Positions 8,692 to 14,758 of a stretch of 14,758 bases of DNA are shown here, piece after piece. Source of the stretch: Caldisphaera sp. (GTDB taxonomy: Archaea; Thermoproteota; Thermoprotei_A; Sulfolobales; Acidilobaceae). Position 1 is the stretch's first letter. Each line of letters begins with the position of its first letter. The stretch is taken from positions 1 to 14,758 of the forward strand of contig JBMFKU010000027.1 of NCBI GenBank assembly GCA_049971805.1, read 5' to 3'. A model generated the notes under the pieces. The model searched no databases. It was not told the DNA's origin and saw only the letters and a program-made list of their open reading frames with translations. The position numbers and the translations under genes were made by a program.

Positions 8692-10107
8692 TTACCTTCT
8701 TTTCATTAATGCAAATACTATTGCTATAATAATTACGGCTAAGACAAGAGATATTCCAGTATTAATTAAATTGCTATTAGATAAAAGTGAACTTGGTTTG
8801 TTGCTTATATTTGATGGCTGTGTTGGAATAGTTGTTGTGGAAGTAATCGTGTTGCTAAATGTAGTAGTTGTAATTGGTGATGTTTCAGCTGTTAAGTTGT
8901 ATTCACCTATTAAGAAACCATAGTTTGATATTGGTATAGGGGAAACTCCAATTTACTGTACATTAACTGTGAATAAAGGTAAATTGTTAATTTCTCTCCT
9001 GGATATGATGTTAGACCGTAGATCAAATATGTTGAAATTCCCGGCTTTGCTATGATATTTTCGCTCACATTTTTTGTTCCATTATTTATTACAACTGTTA
9101 AGTGAGCTGATATATTAAATGGAGTTCCCAACGAATTGTTTATTATAATACCTACAATACTTTTATTTGATACAAATACCTTTTGAGGTACAACTTGAGA
9201 GAATTCATTTTCAATATAGTTGTCTATTATATTATCATATATTATTGGTTGTTTTGCAAACCATGCAGGTCCATAGTTCGGAGGCCCTGCTTGAAAAGTC
9301 CAATCGCTACCTTCGGTAACATATAAGTAATTCCATAAGGTATAATACATGTATAATGGATTAACTTTGGTTGTGTAGTTTCCTAAGAATAATACAATAA
9401 CTGGCATGTGCGTCATTTGATAAAATGATGTCATCCTAGCATTAGGAGCTCCTTTAAATGACAAAGGAACTACAGGAGATATTGGTTGACCTAACAATGA
9501 AGAATATGCAACTAAATATTCTCTAGCTAAGCTGACATTTCTCCATATTAATACTTTGCCTTGATAATTATTATTCCAGTTATTTAGTGATGTTGCCCAA
9601 CTTTCTTCTGGTAAATTTGTTAAAACAGCTGAAACGTTATGGGTATTTATAGCTTGATTAAGAGTTTGTATTATTAGCCATTGACCTTCATATTTAGACA
9701 ATGCCTGATATATTGAATATAAATCATTTGCAGAGTTCGGCATTGCATTAAAAATTATAGGGTTTTCTCCATCTAAAGCAACTACATCAATGCTTCCTGG
9801 ATATTGCATGTAAATCTTTGCTAAGTATTGGATTAGTTCTTCTTGAGTTAATTTAGGTGATCGACTAAAGAAGGCAAAGCCAAAAAGATTTGATAGGGAA
9901 GTATCTCTAAATAATACGTAAATCCTTTGGCCTGCTGAGTTCTGTATGACGTAAACTCCATGCGGACCCAAGTTAAGGTACCCGCTAACAATGCTTAAAT
10001 CTGGCGCCATTTGTATAAAAGCTTGATAATCTAAAACTGTTGCATTTATACCAGTTTCATTATATAACCATATAAGACTCAATATTAAAGGCCATTTCTA
10101 GGGTCCA
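8692..10107 (-). pseudogene. Membrane-anchored GH57 alpha-amylase/amylopullulanase-like protein, 5'-truncated and frameshifted
   Basis: WTLEMAFN (nucleophile motif, 10107-10084), then a +1 T, then ORF 8910..10082 with VVALDGENP (acid/base) and EGSDWTF. A frameshift near 8950-8975 leads into GVSPIPISNYGFLIGEY, a Ser/Thr linker, a TM helix and KRR* (stop 8694-8692). Confidence 0.82.
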
Positions 10108-10396
10108 TTGTAGGTTCGTAGCCTCTAAGCACTACTTTATTTATGTCATTTTCTTTAAGTATTTCTAATACCTCCCTTATGCTAAGGAACCTCACTCTAT
10201 CATTGTTCTACATATTATTTAAAATATCTTTAATTCCATTTGATTTTCGTGTAGAATTAAAAAAACTTGGCAATGGAGATGTATGTTGCCTCATTGACAA
10301 GTTTCTTATGCAATAATAACATCTAAAATTGCATCCATAAAAGAACAATTGAGCAACTCCATCATTATACCTAATTATATGGTTGATTCTAGCCAT
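10085..10396 (-). pseudogene. Radical SAM enzyme (PflA/activase-like), N-terminal remnant
   Basis: GCNFRCYYC (CxxxCxxC). Reading through the in-frame TAG at 10210-10208 gives ...FLSIREVLEILKENDINKVVLRGYEPTMDP (GGEP-like motif), after which it is truncated. Confidence 0.8.
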
Positions 10397-10410
10397 AAAA
10401 AACATTTAGA

Positions 10411-11665
10411 TTAACTAGAAAAAACTGTTAATTTAGGTAGGGGGAAGTCACTAGGAGTGATAATAGGAGGTATACTAGTTATATTCAATACATTCGGATG
10501 GGTTAAAGCTATCAGAAGCTCCAACCCTTCTACAGTCATCGGTCCAGGTTCATCTATGTAATCAATATAGTAACCTCTTATAACATAAACTCTTCCATAT
10601 CTTATTGCTGATATGTTTTTATAGGCATTTCCTATAGTACTGTTTAGCCAAGATATCAAATCAGATTCGTTAAAATAATTGGTTGGCATTATTATTATGC
10701 TAGGATTTGCTTCAAGTATTTCCTCTGGGCTTATTACACCCCACCAGGATATGTTAGAGAAGGCATTCTTGTTTCCAGAAAGTATTATCATGTTATTTTG
10801 GAAAGTATTATTACCAGTAACATATGTTGGGTCTATCCATCCTATAAGGGCTATATTATAATGGGTTTGATTTATGGTTAGAGAGCTAAGGTATGCAATG
10901 CTTTCAGACATGTTTTCAACTAATGCTGCAGCCTCCTTTGTATTGCCTGTAGCCATACCTACCATTATTATTGAATTATACAACCCATCAAGGGAATTAA
11001 AACTTGGCAATAAAAGGACTGGTATACCATATTCTTTAAAAACACTTGTTGATGCTGATGACCCATATCCATACGTTGCTATAATTAAGTCTGGATTTAG
11101 AGACATAATCTTTTCTATATCTAAGCCATAGTATGTATCGCCTATGTTGATTATTTTTCTTTCTTTGTATAAGCTTAATAACTGATTTTCATATTGTGGG
11201 GGGTAAATAATAAAGGCTGGCATTATCTACTCCGACAATTTGATTGGTAGCATTTATTGCCAATAGTAGATCTGTTGTTGAAGGATCTAGAGAAATAATT
11301 CTAGTTGGATATTGTGATATTATAACAGTGGTATTTGTTGCATCTATTAAACTTACAGGAAATTCATTTTGTTTTGACAGCGAATTTATTTCCTGTTTGA
11401 GGTATACTATTTGATTGTTTATACTATTATTAAAATTCTTAATACCACTTTCCAATGAACCTAACACGATAGCTAAATTAGACAAGTTTTTGTTAAATGA
11501 TGTTTCTATTTTGTTGTTAGTTGATAATAAAGTCGAATTTAGATTAGCAATTTCTTTTTGTATATCATTATTCAAAGATATAATGGAATATCCCAGAGCA
11601 CCAAATCCTACAATAACTATTATTATTAAAGCAACTATTAAGCCACTCGTTTTCACAAATCTCAC
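10411..11665 (-). pseudogene. Class III (BtuF/FepB-like) cobalamin or iron-chelate ABC substrate-binding protein, split by one frameshift
   Basis: N-terminal TM and coiled coil, then RIISLDPSTTD, IVGVD, EKIMSLNPDLI and EPGPMTVEGLE. Removing one C from the C6 run (G6 at 11198-11203) joins ORFs 11189..11665 and 10411..11223 into ~417 aa. The start may be GTG at 11656. Confidence 0.85.
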
Positions 11666-11716
11666 CTTTAGTTCTAACTGGATAGGGTATCCAGTTCAGA
11701 TTAAAAGCTTTTCATT
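11620..11716 (-). repeat. 97-bp inverted repeat, copy 1 (promoter + operator + start of the binding-protein gene)
   Basis: Exact reverse complement of 12654-12750 by manual alignment, with mismatches immediately outside both ends. Confidence 0.97.
11676..11696. promoter_or_regulatory. Palindromic operator AACTGGATA-GGG-TATCCAGTT
   Basis: Perfect 9-bp arms with a 3-nt spacer, located between the BRE-TATA (GAAAAG CTTTTAAT) and the GGTGA SD. Confidence 0.75.
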
Positions 11717-12653
11717 TCCTATCAATTTCTAATCGTAAATATAACGCTATTCTATCAATTTTCTTAGTTTCTTCATTTTCTATCATTCTGATCCTTTTCT
11801 CACTTCTTAATTTCTTTAACTGAAAATCCTATTTCTGATGAGATAGAAACCAATTTTTATCTTCCACTAATTTCATCTTTGATATTTCCAGCCTATTATT
11901 ATAAGGACCTCTCTTAATCTATTCTTAATCCTAGATTTAACAATAAAATCCTGCTTGTTAACTCCTTTTCTTTCCTCTTTATAAATCTCATAATGGCAGA
12001 AAGCTTCTCAGTATTGCTCTTTTTCACAAATCTAAACGTCTTACAATAGGGTTTACCACTATTATTTTATCTTTAAGATGCATGTATAGATTTATATAAT
12101 ATATGTCTTTGCTTTCAAGGCCTATTAAACTTTAGGCAATATCTTTTTAAAATCATATCCTTTCTCTTTATTCGAAACATTATAAAATTTACCTTTATAA
12201 GGTTAAATTATTCTTAGATGTATCTATTCTTTAATTGAAGTCTCCAACTAATTTAACCTGTTATTAAGCCCTTGGCTCAACTTCTTTATGAAATTGGAGA
12301 TGGCCAGGCTCCTTCTTATCCTCTTCCATCTAATAACATTGACACAATATCAAAGAAGTGCCGCTCAAATACTTAGGCTTGATTTACTTCAATGAATCTT
12401 TTAAAAATGTTAAGGAATATATAATAAACGCAGTATTTTTTTTAAAAAGCTTTTTCTTATTGATATAACTATGTAATATTAATCTCACTTTTAAAAGGCT
12501 TTATACTTACAATTATACAGCTTTTTTACATTATTATAAATTTTAAGAAATTATATGAGAATATTGACTTATATGGTGCTAATAATAGTTTATCAGTATT
12601 CAACTCTTTTTACCTATATGTTGTTTTAATTGTTAGCCATAAGCTATCTTATT

Positions 12654-12750
12654 AATGAAAAGCTTTTAATCTGAACTGGATACCCTATCCAGTTAGAACT
12701 AAAGGTGAGATTTGTGAAAACGAGTGGCTTAATAGTTGCTTTAATAATAA
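12654..12750 (+). repeat. 97-bp inverted repeat, copy 2, upstream of the TPR gene
   Basis: Identical to the reverse complement of 11620-11716. Confidence 0.97.
12674..12694. promoter_or_regulatory. Second copy of the palindromic operator, AACTGGATA-CCC-TATCCAGTT
   Basis: Lies within repeat copy 2, just downstream of GAAAAGCTTTTAAT (12657-12670). Confidence 0.7.
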
Positions 12751-12757
12751 CATATCG

Positions 12758-13351
12758 ATGGGTGATTTTATGAAAGAAATTGAAAGTTTATATAAAGCAG
12801 CTGAAGCAACTCTTTGCATGATGAAATGGAATTATTGTGAAAAGATTTATAGTATGATAATAGAAATGAAAAGCAATACAAATGAAGCTAATATAGATGA
12901 AGCAGGCATTTGGCATGGATACGCTATATGCTTAGAGAGACTAGGAAAAATAGAAGAGAGTAAAAAGGCATATAGAATTGCTTTAGAACTTCATTTAAGA
13001 AACTTTAAAAAAAGAAAGTCAAATTTGTGGGGAGGTTGGGCTGCCTTTAAGCTTGGAGAATATAATTTAGCTTATAAACTTTTTGAAGAGGCAGTAAAAG
13101 AAGATCCTAACTATGCGTATTCTTGGCTTTCTTTGTCAATGGTTTCTAGAAAATGCAATAGAGAAGATAGAGCCAAAGAAGCAATGGAAAACTATAGAAA
13201 ACTAATAAAGGAAAAGCCCTATATAAGAAGAGAATGTGAGGGGAAGAAAATGTTGGTCGAAGCATATAAGGTATCAAATGGATGGGTAAAAGAATACATA
13301 GAAAATATATTAAACGAGATAAAAGATGATGAAAGGTTAAAGACATGCTAA
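12758..13351 (+). CDS. Tetratricopeptide-repeat (TPR) protein
   Basis: TPR-like segments AGIWHGYAICLERLGKIEESKKAYRIALE and AAFKLGEYNLAYKLFEEAVKEDPNYAYSWLSL. The real start is probably ATG at 12770, with a GGTGA SD at 12761-12765. Confidence 0.8.
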   Translation: MGDFMKEIESLYKAAEATLCMMKWNYCEKIYSMIIEMKSNTNEANIDEAGIWHGYAICLERLGKIEESKKAYRIALELHLRNFKKRKSNLWGGWAAFKLGEYNLAYKLFEEAVKEDPNYAYSWLSLSMVSRKCNREDRAKEAMENYRKLIKEKPYIRRECEGKKMLVEAYKVSNGWVKEYIENILNEIKDDERLKTC

Positions 13352-13954
13352 ATTTTTTAAAGAATAATTTATTAAAAATAGTTCTCAGGACTTTAAAATA
13401 ATTAAAAATTCTGATATAATCGAAACTATGAATTAGCCTCCTTATGTCCTGAAGGGTGTTGATTCCTGGAATCTTAAGGGTTACCTCCTATATGATACTC
13501 TAATTTCTATTATCAGGTAATAAAGTCGGTTCCCACTCCTCAATCATATTTAATTGGCCTTAAAGACATCTCAAGCCATTTTAACTTTTTTATCTTGGTA
13601 GCCGCGTAGAGGCCTATCTCATATGGTGAAGCATAACTCATTTAATGGATTTTATTTATCTTAAATGACTTAAAAGTTTTTATACCACCGTAAAAGATGA
13701 GTTTTGCCTTTTAATTATCATGATCCTAGGAATTGTATTCAATTATAAGTTAATCTAATTCCTTGTAGTAAATCTTTTTTAATTATTTACAAAAGAGTGA
13801 AAGCTTCGCTTTCCAGTACTGAATAAAGTCAAAGTTTATAACAAAATTGTTAATCCTGTTAAACAAATTAAAATTATGTATTAGCTAACTTTATCTATCA
13901 TTAATAAAGTATCTAGTATCAAAAATAATTCCTATATGATCCTTTGCTCTTAAC

Positions 13955-14619
13955 TTAAATATTTACTCTCATTCTCTTAACAGCTTCCATATAAACGTTA
14001 TCCTGAAATTCATATTCATATAATATACTAAGTTTTTCTAGTTTATCTATTAACCTGCTAAGAGTCGATTTTGGAATAACAATTCCATATTTTTCATTAA
14101 TATAATTTCTCACGCTAATCCACGTTTTGCTTCCAGATGCTATAGCTTTGAGAACCATCTTTTCTTTTGGATTAAGCTTTTCTAATTCGCTCAAAGCGAG
14201 ACCAATAGCATTATCCTTTATTTTTTCCATATTATTAATACCATCAATGTATTCCCTGCCAAAAATTACTAACCAGCCAACAATGCCATCGAAAAATTCG
14301 ATCGCTTTTTCAATTAATTCTGGTCGTGGCTCGACTCTTTCTTCTTGAAAACCTTTCCTTAAAAATTCTCTTGATTTTTCCTTTGAAAACCTTTCTACGT
14401 TTATTTCATACACTGCTCTACCATAAAGAGGTGATGATGGATCTTCGTATCCTAAAAATTTTGTAGCATACCAATTTCAGATCCAAAAACTATAAATTTT
14501 ATATTATCAAGATTATCATAGGCATATGCAATTAGTTTCTTTAATTCTGAAGATACTGGAAGTCTCAGGAATTGAACTTCATCAAAAATCAAAATAAACT
14601 TCTCATTTTTCTTTTTCAT
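13955..14619 (-). pseudogene. Archaeal AAA ATPase, Walker B to winged-helix C-terminal fragment
   Basis: KFILIFDEVQ (Walker B), AYAYDNL and GSEIGML, then a -1 frameshift in A5 (14454-14458), then FLGYEDPSSPLYGR joining ORF 13955..14413 (DGIVGWL, winged helix). No Walker A upstream. Confidence 0.85.
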
Positions 14620-14626
14620 TTTATTT

Positions 14627-14662
14627 AAAAAACAAACACAAGAAGAAAAGAAAAAAGAAAAG
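14627..14662 (-). terminator. T-rich terminator of the gene entering from the right edge
   Basis: Minus-strand TTTTCTTTTTTCTTTTCTTCTTGTGTTTGTTTTTT begins about 20 nt after the TAG at 14685-14683. Confidence 0.5.
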
Positions 14663-14682
14663 ACAGCTAACTACTAGCTATT

Positions 14683-14757
14683 CTAACTAGTTGCTTGTGA
14701 AAGAAGGTTTTGAATTAATTGCTTAGTTGCTGTAATTGTATCGTTTGCTGAATAACC
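14683..14757 (-). CDS. 3' end of an unidentified gene (partial)
   Basis: Open frame from the window edge, GYSANDTITATKQLIQNLLSQATS*, followed by a T-tract. Confidence 0.45.
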   Translation of the reverse strand, partial: GYSANDTITATKQLIQNLLSQATS

Positions 14758-14758
14758 A

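Noticed and set aside
10208-10210. In-frame TAG codons (here and at 6621-6623) as pyrrolysine or readthrough recoding
   Set aside because: Both genes have other disabling lesions and no pyl genes are present, so nonsense mutation is simpler.
10679-11732. Plus-strand ORFs 10679..10861, 10874..11131 and 11415..11732
   Set aside because: Antisense shadows of the binding-protein gene.
11620-12750. The 97-bp repeats as transposon or MITE terminal inverted repeats
   Set aside because: The repeat includes host coding sequence continuous with the binding-protein gene. No target-site duplication or transposase was seen.
13146-14348. ORFs 13146..13346 (-) and 14127..14348 (+)
   Set aside because: Antisense shadows of the TPR and ATPase genes.

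Overview
This is a very AT-rich archaeal window. GGTGA/GAGGTG Shine-Dalgarno sites, BRE-TATA promoters and Sulfolobales-like protein families suggest a thermoacidophilic crenarchaeote (inference). The left 4.7 kb is intact. It holds a GNAT acetyltransferase and a DUF71/Dph6-like PP-loop ATPase on the minus strand, and a tightly overlapping serA, class V aminotransferase and DUF89 phosphatase operon on the plus strand. The remaining ~10 kb is a decaying, rearranged accessory region. It contains malG and malK remnants split by a broken IS607 element, whose TnpB has a rearranged, Fanzor-like RuvC site and a foldable omegaRNA. It also contains an intact six-TM channel-like protein, two fragments of archaeal AAA ATPases, a GH57 amylase-like remnant fused by deletion to a radical SAM remnant, a BtuF/FepB-like binding protein frameshifted in a C6 run, and a TPR gene. 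The most striking non-coding signal is a perfect 97-bp inverted duplication (11620-11716 / 12654-12750). It carries a promoter, a 21-bp palindromic operator, an SD site and the first codons of the binding-protein gene, and places the TPR gene behind the same regulatory cassette. All family calls come from motif recognition, not database searches.
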